Assembly: GCA_014905635.1 (NCBI GenBank)
Contig: JABVCE010000003.1
Coordinates: 682,001-746,000 of the forward strand
DNA: 64,000 bases
Direction of reading: 5' to 3'
Source of the DNA: Scenedesmus sp. PABB004
Taxonomy: Eukaryota
Part shown: piece by piece, positions 12,205 through 24,005 of the stretch
How positions within the stretch are numbered: position 1 is the stretch's first letter
How the letters are laid out: every line of letters begins with the position of its first letter
Made by a program: the position numbers and the translations under genes
The notes under the pieces: generated by a model
What the model was told of the DNA's origin: nothing
Seen by the model: only the letters and a program-made list of their open reading frames with translations
Databases searched by the model: none

Positions 12205-12797
12205 ATGGCCGACGATGCCTACAAGCTCGCGGGCCCGGTGGCCGTGGCTTCCGCGGGTGGGTGCGGTCGAACCCCGGAGCAGCGCGCGGCGCAGCGCGGC
12301 GCCACCGAGCGCGTGTTCGCTGGCGTGGCAGCGTCTGTCTCGGCGCGCCTCTCGTCTCGCTCACGGCGCCGCGCCGCTCTGTCGCAGGCGTGTTTGCCGG
12401 CGCGGCGGTGTTCGTCTCGCTCGTCGAACACCCGGCCGGCATGGCGTCCGGCGTGGGTGCGCACTTCAAATTCTTCACAGAAATGTACCCCCGCGCAGCA
12501 AAGCTGCAGGGCGGCCTGGCCGTGGTCGGCGCGAGCGCGGCGGCGGTCGCCGCGTCGCGCGCGCCCGACGCGGGCGCGGCGCGGCTCTGGGCCGCGGCCG
12601 CGGCGCTGCTGGGCGGCGTGTGGCCCTGGACGCTGTTCGCGATGATGCCCACCAACAAGACGATCCTCAAGCAGGACGCCGCCGCGGCCGAGCAGGCGGC
12701 CCTGCTGGAGCGCTGGGGCCGCCTGCACGCGGCGCGCACCGCGCTGTCGGCCGCGTCGCTTGCGGTCGCGATCGCGGCGCTGGCGCGCAGGACGTGA
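12205..12797 (+). CDS. DUF1772 / anthrone oxygenase-like membrane protein, 2 exons
   Basis: MADDAYKLAGPVAVASA|GVFAGAAVFVSLVEHPA...WPWTLFAMMPTNKTIL...LLERWGRLHAARTALS; PxN and WxxxHxxR motifs with several hydrophobic helices. Confidence 0.8.
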
Positions 12798-12839
12798 GGC
12801 CGCGGCGTGCGCGGCGGGGGGCGGCGGTCGCGTGCGAGG

Positions 12840-12844
12840 TTACA
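12840..12844 (-). promoter_or_regulatory. TGTAA chlorophyte polyadenylation signal, probably for the minus-strand gene ending at 13398
   Basis: TTACA on + strand in an AT-richer stretch between convergent genes; TGTAA is the established chlorophyte near-upstream element. Confidence 0.5.
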
Positions 12845-13397
12845 CACACGCGCGCATGATGGAGTCGTGGCAGTGCTGCGATATGACGCAGCAGCGCGTG
12901 CGCGCGCAGAGCCTCTGCGTTTGATGATGTGAACGTTGGGTGCCACAGGGGGGTTGTGCAAGCGTTGTCGTCTTCGTGCAGTTCGTGCAAAAGGCTGGCA
13001 GTGCTCACCACGGCTGCGCTCGCTCATGCCAGCCGGCCGCCGGGCTCCCCCCCCCCCCCCCCGTCGGTGCGTCCCAGGAAGTGGGTGTCTCCCCTGCCGC
13101 AGCAGCCCCCCCCCCCCCTCTGGCAGGCGCACGCGCGCGTCGGTGCAGCACTGCTCGCCGACCCCCCAGCCGTCCAGCACGCCTCGGGTTTATGGTGCAC
13201 GTGCGGCCAGCCGCCCCGCGGTGCCCCCCCCCTCGCCTCATTGAAGTGAGCCACAGTGTCAGTGTGCCCGCGCGCACCGCGCGCCAGCGTTTTGTTCCCA
13301 GCGCCAAGCAATAGACAGCCCCTCCCCGCTCCGACAGGCGCAGTCAGACCGAGGCTCAGTCAGACCGCCCGAGGCTCAGTCAGCCCGCCGCCCCCAG

Positions 13398-14090
13398 TCA
13401 GCCCGCCCAGGGCGGCGGGCTGGTGAGCAGCCGCTTCGCGGCCGCCACCGCGGCGCCGAGCGCGGCGTCGCCCAGGACGTCGCTGATGGGCCGCTTGGCG
13501 CCGCCGGACCTCCCCGCGCCGGCCGCGGCGCCGTGCGTCTCAGCGGGCGGGGCGGCGGGGGCGTGGCCCGCGTCGCGCGCCCTCTCCGCACGCGGCCCCT
13601 CGTGCTCGCCCGCCGTGGCCGCCTGCCCCGCGGGCTGGCTGGCCGCCGCCGGCCGGCGGCCTTCGGCCTCGTCCGGCCCCGAGCCCGCGCCGGGTAAGAC
13701 GCCGGCGGGCATGTCGTTGCTCTTGCTGCTGCAGGTGCTGTCGGGGCTGGCCGTCGCCGGCGCGGGCAGCAGCACCTGCAGCGCGAGCTCCGTGCCCTCC
13801 GGCAGCTCCGCCGGCAGCAGCTCCAGCGCGCGCATGGCCGCCAGCAGCTGCTGGCCGGCCGCCGAGCGGGCGAGCTTTTGCACGTCCAACAGCGTGGACG
13901 AAAGCGCAGCTGCCGGCCGCTGCTCGGAGGCCAGCGCGACAGCTGGAGCTGGTGGAGCTGCTGCCTCACCGCTGGCGACCGCCGGGGCCCCGGATGGCTG
14001 TGGCGACGGCGGCGGCGCCAGAGCCGCAGCGGCAGGCGGAGGGGGGTCCTGCACGCCTCGGCGTGGCAGCGGCACCTCCGCACACCGCTG

Positions 14091-14150
<60 letters not shown>

Positions 14151-15694
14151 AACCTCCTGGCGCTGTGGCTCCCGCTCGCTCACACCGGCTGCCGGCACGG
14201 GCGCCAGCGAAGGCCCCGGCAGCGCGGGCACCTGCACCGCCAGGAACTGCTCCAGCAAGCGCTGCCGCTCGCGCCGCGCGGCCACGCGCTCGGCGTGCAC
14301 GCGCCCGGCAGCGGGCGCCGCGGTCAGCGCGCCCGCCGCCAGCGCCGTGATGCGCTCCTTCCGGCGCTGCTCGCTCAGCGGCGCGCCGTGCTCGCCGCAC
14401 CGCGCATCGCTGCCGGCGGCGGTGCGCTCGGCCGTGCCGGGCGAGCTGCAGCGGGGCCCGTCCGACGGCGCCACCGACTGCTGGCGCTGCCGCGCCAGCA
14501 CGTCCAGGACCATGCCTGCCAGGCTGCCGGGCGCGGTGCCGGCGCTGTCCACCGGCCCGGCGCCGGCGCCGGCGGCGGCGGTGAGCCGGTCGCTGGAGCT
14601 CGCGGTCGCAGCAGCGGCGGCGACTGCCGCTGCCGCCGCCGCAGCCGCGGCCGCGGCCGTGCCGCCCCTGGCCCTGCCGCGGCGCCGCGCGGCAGCAACC
14701 GGCAGCTGGCTGCTGCCCGCGGGGTCCATGCCGAGCCCCTCGGGGCCGCTCTGCAGCTGGTGCAGCAGCTGCTCGCCGCCCGACATGCCGCTGTGGCCGT
14801 CCGCGGCGTGCGCGCCCGTGCTCCGCGCGAGCCCCGCGGCCATCGACAGCGCAGCCGCCGCGAGGGCCGCGTTGCCCGCCGCCGCCGCGGCCGACGCGGC
14901 CGCCAGCGCCTGCTCCAGGGCCGCCGCGTTGCCGGCAGCGCCGGCCGCGTCGGCGTGCGCCGGCTCGGGCTCGGGCTTGCACGCGTGGCGCACAGTCCCG
15001 GCCGCGCCTGCGTGCAGCTCCGGCCGCGCCTGAGCCTCCTGCTGGCGCGGCTTGGGCTTGGGCGTGCGCCCTCGCACGGCCGGCTGCTTCGCCGGCGCGC
15101 CGCGCGGCTCCATGCCGGGGCGGCGGTGCTGCTGCGCCGCGGCCAGGCGCTCGCGCGCCGCCCCGTGCTGCTCCGACACGCCCGCGGGCAGCCCCGCCGG
15201 CAGCACGCGGGGCGGCAGCGCCGCGGGGTGGATCTCCTCTCCCTGCCACGCGAGGCTGCCCAGCGGCGCGCACGCGCCACCGCGCGGGGCGGGCGGGGCG
15301 GGCCCCCTTGTTGTCGCGCCGGCGCTGCGAGCAGCGCGGCCGTCAGCTCGGCGGCGGCCTCGCCACCGCCGCGCAGGGCCTGCAGCGCGGCGACCAGGGC
15401 GGCCGCCGCGCCGGGCCGCTGTGCCGCTGGCTGCGCGTGCTGCTGCGCCTGCGTGGGAGCGGCCTGCAGCTGCGGCGGCGGTTGCGGCGGCGGCTCGACA
15501 CGCCACTGCGCGTGTTGCGCGTGCTGCTGGTGCTCCATCGCCTGCATGAGCCCCTCCAGCTGCCGCCTCATGAGCGCCGCGGAGGCGTCAGCGCCCCCCG
15601 CGCCGGCCGCCGCGTGCTCGCGCGCCGCTGTCGACGGCGGGTCGCCCAGCGCCGCCGCGACCTCCGCCAGCGCGAGCAGGCCGCTGCGCCCCAT
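13398..15694 (-). CDS. Hypothetical low-complexity Ala/Gln/Pro-rich protein; frame change near 15243-15379 (intron or indel)
   Basis: MGRSGLLALAEVAAALG...EGLMQAMEHQQH in one frame, then GEEIHPAALP...polyQ...KRPISDVLGDAALGAAVAAAKRLL to the stop at 13398. No domain recognised. Confidence 0.55.
14092..14149 (-). repeat. (CAG)n polyglutamine tract
   Basis: Long ctg run on + strand inside the hypothetical CDS. Confidence 0.85.
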
Positions 15695-16225
15695 CGCGCC
15701 CGCCGGAGCGCTCACGGGTGCGGTCCCTGCGCGGGGGGGGGGGGGGCGGATCATGAGCCGGCGGGCTCCGGCGGGGCCCGCGATTCGCAACCACAAGGCC
15801 GCCCGCCCCGGCGCCTGCGCCTCACCGTCGGCCCTCCCGCGCCGCACCGTCGGCGGGGCCCGCCACGCCGTCGCCAGGGCCCAAGAGGCCGGCCCGCACG
15901 CAGCGGCTGGGCTGCTCCGCCGGCCGCTGCTGCTCGCGCGTGGTCGCCAGCCGTGCCGGTCAGACCCCCCTCCTAAGCGTCGCTCCCCCTGGGCTGTCTC
16001 CGTCCCGGCTGCGGGAGCGAGGCTGCAAGCGCGGCGGCGTCCGTCGTCGTTGCGCGGCGTGACGGGCGGTGCTTGACGGCGCGGCGCTGCACGCCCTCTG
16101 CACCGCCACGCAGCGTATGGCCGGTCCCAGTGGGTGGCCGGTGAAACGGCTGGGCACACACACCGTCACGCGCGCAGCGGGGCGCGGCGCGGGGCGCGCG
16201 AGCAGCGCGGCGCCGCGGTCCGACC

Positions 16226-17411
16226 ATGGCAGAGCCGGGCAGCGCCGGCGCGCCGGCGGTCGGTGAGGAGGCGCTTTCCTCCGCCAGGGCGGACGGGCGG
16301 GCTGCGGCGCGCAGCCGCGGCGCCGGCCGCGCGGCGCTGGCCGTGCGGCGCGCGGCGCTGGCCGCGCGGCGCCACGGGCCGCGCGGCCGCAGTCCAGCTC
16401 GGCTGACCTGCTGGGCAGCTCACACACGCACCCACCCGCCGTCTGCAGACTCTCCCGCTGCTGAGGAGGGGTCGCCGCGTGAGCCGGCCCCGGCCGCTGA
16501 CGGCTCGAGCGAGCCCGCCCCGGCCCCGGCGCCAGCACTGGCGGGCGCGGCAGGCGCGGCGGCCCCGGCAACGCAAGGAGAGCCGCTGCCTGGCGCTCCG
16601 GGCGAGCCGGTGGGCGGCCGCCTGCGCGGCCGGCGGAGCAGCGCGCGCGCGCGCGCACCTGCTGTGCGCGCCGCCGCGGCGGCCGCCAATGCCGCGCCCC
16701 GCTCGCCTGCGCAGGCGGAGCCGGCGCTCGCGCTGCTCAGCGACGCGGGCCCCTGCCCAGACCCGGGCAGCGGCTCAGGTGAGGGCGGCTCCGCGCGAGC
16801 CGACGCCAGCAGCTGCGGCCCGCCACCGGACGGCCCGGCCCCCGGCGTGGCGGGCAGCTGCGGCGAGGGCGGCGGCCCAGTGAGCCCGGCCAGTGGCGCC
16901 ACGCCGTGCGAAGCTGGCGCGGCCGGCAGCAAACAGCAGTGCGGCGCAGAGCAGCCGGCAGCGGGCGTCGAGGCAGCGGCGGCGGGCGCAGCAGCAGCAC
17001 CGGCGCCAGCCGCAGCGCCGGCGCCCGCGGCGCCAGCAGCAGCGCAGGCGGTCGAGGGCGAGCCGGCGAGCCAGCGGGCCTTCTTCGCGGACGGCGTGCG
17101 GGTGGGTGGCGGCGCGCAGCACCGGGGGCAGGGCCTGGCAGAGAGGGGGGGTGGCAGCTCTGCGGCGCCCGCCACCTGACGCGCCGCGTGCGGCCGCCGG
17201 CCGCGCGCCAGGCCATCGACGTGGAGGTGGACGCGGGCCCCGGCGCGCCGTGCAAGCTCGTGCACGTCATGCTCGACGTCAGCGCCGCCGCCGCACCAAA
17301 GCCCTTCCTCGGCGGCTTCCGCCACAAGGCTAGCGGCGCGGTCTTCCACCACGCGGCGGCACAGACGCCGCCGCCGGACGCCGGCGCGGGCGCCCGCCAG
17401 GGCAGGGCGCA

Positions 17412-17450
<39 letters not shown>

Positions 17451-18793
17451 CGCCGCGCGCGCGTGCCGCACCACGCAGACGGTGCAGGCGGCCGCGACGA
17501 GCTGCCAGACGGTGCGCGAGGCGGCCACGCAGGTGGCGCGGCCCGGGCTGGCGCTCGACGGCGGCGGCGACCGCCTGCTCACGCCGCGGCCGTACGTGAG
17601 CAGCGAGGTCGTGGGCGCGGCGCGGCGCGCCGCCGCGCTGACCATCCAGCGCTTCGGCCGCGGCTGGCTGGCGCGGCGCCGCGCGGCGGCGCTGCGGTGC
17701 ATCAAGGCCGAGCGCGACGCCTTCCTGGCGGGCGCGACGGCGGAGCGCGACGCGGCCGCGGCGGAGCAGCGCAGGTGCCTGCAGCGGCGGGGCGGCGCGG
17801 GGCGGGCGCGGGGCGGGGCGGCGCGCTCCCGGATGGCTGACGCGCGCGCGCGCGCGCGCCGCCGCGCCCTCTCTGGCCAGGCGCGAGGCCGAGCGGCGCA
17901 GCCGCCCGCTGCGCGCGTCCGACTTTGGGCTGCTGGCGGGCGAGCTGGAGGCGTGGCGGGTGCAGCAGACGGCGGCGATCCGGGCGGCCGCGGACGCGTC
18001 GGCGCGGGCGGGGCAGGCGTTTGACGTCGCGGCCGCGCTGCAGCTGCTGCTCGCCAAGGAGACGCGCCTGCTGCAGACGCTCGACCGCCTGCGGCTCAGC
18101 GCGCGCGCCGAGGGCCGCGCGCGCGCGGACGACCGCATGCTGGCCTCGCTGGCGGCGCCCAAGGCGTGGAGCCTCAGCAACGGCAGACAGGCGCGCGGCG
18201 TTGCCGTCGGCCGTGGCGCGCGGCGGCGGCGGGCGGGGCGCGCGGCGGGCTCCGCGCGCGCGCGGCGTTGCTGCCCCCCACCCCTCTCCCGACGCCGCCG
18301 CCGCGCCCGCGGCGCAGGTCATGGTGCACACGCCCGCGACGGTGCGCGCGGCGGAGCTGCAGCAGCTGCACCGCGGCCTCGGCCTGCCCGACCTGAGCCT
18401 GGACGCACGGCTGGACGTGCTGCTGCACGTCAAGTGGGCGGCCAAGGCGCACGACTGCGGGCTCAGCCGCGAGCTCGTGGGCCTCATTGACCGCGAGGCC
18501 GACCTCCTCAACAGGCGCGTGCGCGCGCGGCGTGCGCGGGGCGTGCGCTGGGCGGCGGGGCGCGGGGCGTGCGCGGCGCGGGGCCGGGGTGTGGCGGCGG
18601 CCGGCCGGCTGACGCGGCGCCCCGCGCGCGCCGCAGGGGCCGGCCGTCGAGCGCGCTCGCGGGGCTGCGGCGCCGCATCTCGGCGGCGTGGCTCGCGCTG
18701 TGCCGAGACCCCGGCTTCAACCCCGAGGCCGCCGCGCTCGCGCTCGCGCCGGGCGGCGGCGGCGAGGAATTTGAGTACGCCGACGGGCCCTGA
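16226..18793 (+). CDS. IQUB: IQ motif and ubiquitin-like domain protein (IQUB/FAP253-like, flagellar radial spoke), multi-exon
   Basis: KPFLGGFRHKASGAVFHHAAAQT, repeated TQT/QT motifs, DRLLTPRPY, IQ motif IQRFGRGWLARRR, RPLRASDFGLL, LLAKETRLLQTLDRL, VHTPATVRAAEL, RLDVLLHVKW, ELVGLIDREADLLNR, PGFNPEAA. Confidence 0.85.
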
Positions 18794-19456
18794 GCCGCCG
18801 GCCGGCGCCGCACGGAGCGCACTGCGCGCGCGGGCGGGCGCGGCGGGCGTGGCGCGGCGCGCGGCGCGCACGGGCGCGCGGCGCGCGGCGGCGGCGCGGC
18901 GGCGCAATCGGCCGAGCTCGAGGGACAGCGTGCAAACACAGCACAGCGCACACACAGCGGGGAAGGCCGAGCAGCAAACCTCCGCCTTCGCGCTGCAAGC
19001 CCCGTCGCGTGCTGGTCGCGCGCGCACGCCGGCCTCTCGCACACGCGCCATTCCCGCGCCATCTCCGCACCTCGCCAGGCAGCCCCGCGCGCTCGCGCGA
19101 GCAGCGGGCAGCGCACGGCGCCCTGCGCGCGCCGATTACGCCGGGTGCGGCCGGATCTCGCTGCATTAGGTGCGCCTGCCTCCAGCGTGACGGGCGCAGG
19201 CAGCGACGGCGGCGTGGCGAGCGGGGCCGCCCACCATCGATCCAGGCGCACGCTGTCGCCAGCGGCAGCGCCCGCGCGCTGCCAGGGCGCCGGTGTCCGC
19301 GGCGAGGCCTCTCCCGCCGGCCGCTGGGCGCCGGGCGGCGCAGGCGCAGGCGCAGCAGCGCTGCCGCTGCAGCAGCGCCAGCAGCTGCTGCTGCAGCGGG
19401 CGGCGCCCCTCCACCGCCGCCGCCGCCCCTCGCCCGCCCGCCCGCCCACAGACGCC

Positions 19457-21414
19457 ATGGTGAGGGGCTTGGCCAAGCACCTGCGCCCGCTGCTGGCGAC
19501 GGCGGCGGGCGGCAGCTTTGGCGCGGGCGGCGCGGCGGCGGCGGCGTATGCCGTGCCCGCGATCGCGGTGCCCAAGTCGGGCGGCCTGTTCGGCGGCAGC
19601 AAGCGCATCACCACGCCGCTCAGCGAGGAGCTGCCCAACGTGAACAAGCCCACCCACACGCCCGCCAAGGCGCCGGAGCTGCAGGCACGCGCCGCGCGGC
19701 GGGCGACGCGGCGGCGCAGACGCGGCGCGGCCCGCCCCGGCCAGGCGGCGGCGCGGGCGCGCCGCGGGCGGCGCGCGTGACACGCGCCCGCCGCCGCCGC
19801 CGCCACCGCCCGCGCGCCGCAGGTGGGCACGCTCGCGGGCGGCGTCAAGGCGGCGGCGCTCGACGCGGCGGGCCCAACACGTGCGTCGCGGTGTTTGTGG
19901 GCGGCGGGTCGTCGGTCGAGACGCCCGAGACCGCGGGCGCGAGCAAGCTGCTCGAGTACATGGCCTTCACCGCCACACACAACAGGTGCCGCACGCGCAC
20001 GTGCGCGGGGCGAGCAGCTCCGGCGGCGGCGCGGGCCGCCGGGCGCGCGGGCCGCCGAGCGCGCCGCGCCGCCGCCGCTGCCGCCCGCCGCCGGCCGGCA
20101 GGACGTCGTTCCGGCTCGCGCGCGAGCTTGAGAAGTACGGCGCGGCGAGCAGCTGCGTCGCGGGGCGCGAGCACATCGCGTACGTGGTGGAGGGCACGCG
20201 CCTGCAGGCGGCGGAGGTGACCGAGATCCTCATGGACGCGGTGCTCAACCAGAAGTGAGCGCGCGCCTGCTCAGCGCCGCGAGCGGGCCGCTGGCGGCGC
20301 AAGCCCGCGGGCGCGCCGCGCGCCGCGCGCCGCGCGTCTCACGCGCCCCGCGCCGCCGCGCCCAGGCTGGCCGACTGGGAGGTCGCTGACATGCTGGAGA
20401 AGGTGCAGGACGACCTCGACTCGGCGTACGCGAGCCCCGCGATCCTCGCGCACGAGCTGCTGCACAAGGCGGCGTTTGAGGGCGGCCTCTCCAACAGCCT
20501 GCTGCCCGACCCCGCCTCGCTCGGCGGCCTCGGCGGCGACGCGCTGCGCGGCTTCATCGCGGAGCACTTTGTCGCGGGCAACATCGCGATCACGGGCGCG
20601 GGCATCAGCCTCGCCCAGCTGCAGCAGTTCGCCGGCCCGCTCGTGGCCGGGCTCGGCGCGGCGCCGGGGTCGGCGGCCAAGTCGACCTACACCGGCGGCT
20701 ACCTCACCGCGCTCGCGCCCGGCGCGGAGCCGACGCTCGCGGTCGCGTACGAGGCCAAGGGCGGGCTGGGCGACATCAAGGCCACCGCGACCGCGGCGGT
20801 CGTCAAGGCGCTGCTCGCGGCGCCGAGCCGGCAGGTGCTGCCCTACGCGGCCAAGGGCGTCGCGCCGCCGCTCACGTCGGTCACGCCCGTCGTGCAGGTG
20901 CGCGCGGGGCGCGCTGGGCGTGGCGCGCGCGGGGGCCCGCCGCACGCGCCGCGCGCGCGCGCGCCGCCCACACCCCGCCCGCGCGCCCTCGCTCCCCGCG
21001 CGCGCGCGCGCCCAGATGTACAAGACCACCGGCGTCATCGGCCTGCTCGGCACCACGACCGGCGGCAGCGCGGCGGCCGCGGCCGCGGCCGAGGCGCTCG
21101 GCGCGCGGCTCAAGGCGCTCGCGTCGGGCGGCGGCGCGGGCGACGCCGCGCTGTCGGCGGCCAAGCAGACCGCGCTCGGGAACTACCAGTCGGCGATCTC
21201 CGCCAAGCCGGGCGTGGTGCAGGACATGGGCCTGCAGCTGCTCGCGCGCGGCACGTTCAGCGCGCAGGAGTATGCGGCCGCGGTGGCCGGCCTCGGCGCG
21301 GCTGACGTGACCAAGTACGTGGCCGAGCTGCTCAAGGGCCAGCCCACGGTCGTCGCGGTCGGCTCGCTGGCGGACCTGCCCAAGTACAGCACCGTCGCGG
21401 GCCGCCTCGCGTGA
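19457..21414 (+). CDS. QCR1: Cytochrome bc1 core protein / alpha-MPP-like (peptidase M16 fold), multi-exon; apparent 1-nt frameshift near 19872
   Basis: Mitochondrial presequence, VAVFVGGGSSVETPETAGASKLLEYMAF, RLARELEKYGA...GREHIAY, HELLHKAAFEGGLSNSL, PTVVAVGSLADLPKY. No HxxEH and no Gly-rich alpha-MPP loop, so a non-catalytic core subunit; symbol follows Chlamydomonas usage. Confidence 0.85.
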
Positions 21415-21958
21415 CGCGCGTGACGCGGCGAGCGGGCGGGCGGGGCGGGCGGGCGGGCGGGCGGGCGTTTTGTGTGGGACTGGGCGCGGCGCGGCGCGGC
21501 GCGGCGTGGCGGGGGCGACACCATCAGAGAGTAACACGCCGCGAGTGCGTTCGGTCCCCTGTTGTACACGTGATCCTAGCCCACACGCAGCAACCCCGGC
21601 CGGCCTAGCGGGGGCACAAAAGATACAGGTGTTATACAAGCGGCGTCGCGTGCGCCAAAAGCAGCTGGTGGTACACACGCGCAGCACGCCGCGCCCCGCC
21701 GTCATCGCACAGACCTGCTACAGCGCCCCCTGCCTCGGTCCGGCCGCCGACCGACCCGCGCGTCTGCGACGCCGCCGCGCCCCCCTGATCACCCCGCCGC
21801 ACGCACGCGCAGCCGGGCCCTGCACGTCCGGCCCGCCGCCGTCCCACACGCCGCCGTTTGCCTCACCCGCACCGCCAGCTGGGTGCATCGCCGCCGCCGC
21901 AACACGCCGCCGCAACACGCCGCCACAACACGCAGTCGCTCCCCGCTCCGCGCCGCGC

Positions 21959-23585
21959 CTACCACGGCGCGTCGTCGCGCACGCACAGCTCGACGTAGCG
22001 CTCGGCCGCCGCCGCGTCGCCGTGCCCGCCCGCGCCAGCGGCGGCGATGATGCGCCGCAGCTCGCCCGCGTCGACGCCGCGGCCGACGCCGAAGCACCAC
22101 AGCGCGACGTTCGCCTGCTCGTCCGCGAGGCGCGCGACCTGCGCCGCGCGGGCGGCGGGGCGGCGGCGTCGCGCGCGGCGCGTGCGGCACCCGAGCGCCC
22201 GCGCCGGCCGCCTGGCCGCCTGGCGCGGCCGTGCGCGCGGCGCCCCCAGCCCCAGCCCCACCATCGCGCCGGCCTCCTTGGCCTGGTACGTGTCGATGCG
22301 GCCGTCGGTCAGCAGCACGAGCACGCGGCGCGTGGCCGCGCCCACGCTCGGCGCCGTCGCGAGCAGCGCGCCGGCCTTGGACACCGCGGCCGCGATGTTG
22401 GTCCCGCCGTTCATGCGAGCCTGAGCGTGCGCGCAGCGGCGGCGGCGCGCGTGCGTGGGCGGCACGCCCGTGCCCCCGCCCGTGCTGTGCACCGCAGCAT
22501 CGCATTGCGGTGCGGCGCGGCACGCGGCGCGCGCCGCACCATGGCCGCCACGCCCTCCTCAAAGCCCGGCGCGTCCGCCGCCGCCAGGGGCACCTCTGTG
22601 CGGCTGTCGTTTGAGAACTGCAGCACCGCCGCCTGCGCAGCGGCACGCGGAGTGCAGCGGCGGCGGCGGCGGAGGCGGCGTGCGCTCGCGGCCCGGCGCG
22701 GGCGCGCGTGCCCCCGCGCCGGGCCCGTGCCCGCGCCGCCGCACCTTGCTGCGCGGCGCCGCCGCGACCGCGCCGGCCGCGGTGCGCAGGAACGCGGTCA
22801 TGCAGGCAAAGTCCTCGTCGCCGACGGAGCCGCTGCCGTCGACCAGGAAGACCACCGCCAGCTCGTCCACCTCCTCCTCGGCGGGCGCCGCGTCGCCCTC
22901 CTCGCTCGCCTCGGCCGCGGCCGCGGCCGCGTCGTTGAGCGCCGCGCTGCCCGCGCTGCCCGCGCTCGCCACGCTGCCGCCGGCGCTGCAGCCGCCCGAC
23001 GCGGCGGGCGCGGCGGGCGCGGCGGCGGCGTCGTTGCCGCCGCCGCCCGCGACGAGCTCGCGCAGGGCGGCCTGCAGCTCGGCGTCGCAGGGCTTGCGCC
23101 ACGCGCCGGCGTCGGCGGTCGCGAGCACCTTCTCCTTGGTCAGCGCGAGCCAGCCGCCCGCGAGGCGCGCGGCGGCGACCTGCAGGCGGCTCGGCTCGCC
23201 GAAGCGCGCCGCAAACTGGCGCCGCCAGAGACCGTCCGCGGTCTGCGCGCGGCGGGCGGGGCGGGCGGCGGGCGCGCGGGCGGGCGGGCGGGCGGCGGGC
23301 GGCCGGCGGCGGCGGAGCCAGCACGTCAGAGCGGGCCCTGGGCTTACGGCAGCATGTTGAGCAGCGGGCACGCGGCCCAGCGGCCGGAAATGTGCGAAAT
23401 TGTGCGGCGAGCGCCGCTGCCGCGCGCACCGCGGCCAGGTGGAAGCGCTGGGCTGTTGCCGCGAGCGCGAGCAGGTCACGATCTTCGGTCAAGTTCTCGA
23501 TCAGTGGGCCAAGAAGATCTTGGGGCAGGGACGCCAGGCAGGCCGCTGCTTGGCTCCGGGCCTGAAGGCCGCGCGTCGTGACCAT
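21959..23585 (-). CDS. F-box plus von Willebrand factor A domain protein, 5 exons
   Basis: LASLPQDLLGPLIENL...DLLALAATAQRFHLAA|TADGLWRRQF (F-box); VVFLVDGSGSV, VLQFS, GGTNIAAAV, VLVLLTDG, CFGVG (vWA with MIDAS). Confidence 0.85.
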
Positions 23586-24005
23586 GCTGCGAGCCTCAGC
23601 GTGACGGTGGAGTACCAGATGACCGGAGCGCAAGCGTGGGCGAGCGCGGACGAGCAGGCGATGGCTGGCGATGGCTGGCCGCGCGACACGCTGGCGCAAA
23701 ACCTACCGCGCGGCTGCAACGCCGCCCCGCCTGCAGCCCGCTGGCCGAGATTCGCGCGTTTCCCGGACTGTCAGAGCTGCAACCCGCGCACGGAGCTGCG
23801 CCGGCCCTGCGCCAGCCAGCCGCTGACTGCGCGGGGTCGGCGCAGCCTGGCGGCGCGGCGGCGCGCGCGGAGCTGCCGCAGCTGCGGCCGCCGCCGCCGG
23901 CACCGCCGCTGCGATCGTGGGTCACACGGCCAGCGCCGCGCGCCGGGGGCCGGGACGGGCGGTGAACTCTGTTGCCGCGCCGCCGAGGCCGCCCCGCCGC
24001 CGCCG

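Noticed and set aside
13341..13410. Four CAGTCAG-containing repeats at the end of the hypothetical gene, considered as a CRISPR-like array
   Set aside because: Units are short and irregular, spacers are tiny, the context is eukaryotic and there are no cas genes.
19869..19876. G GGC CCA as a programmed -1 slippery site
   Set aside because: Canonical sites need A or U at the Y positions; the parallel deficit in SecA makes assembly error simpler.
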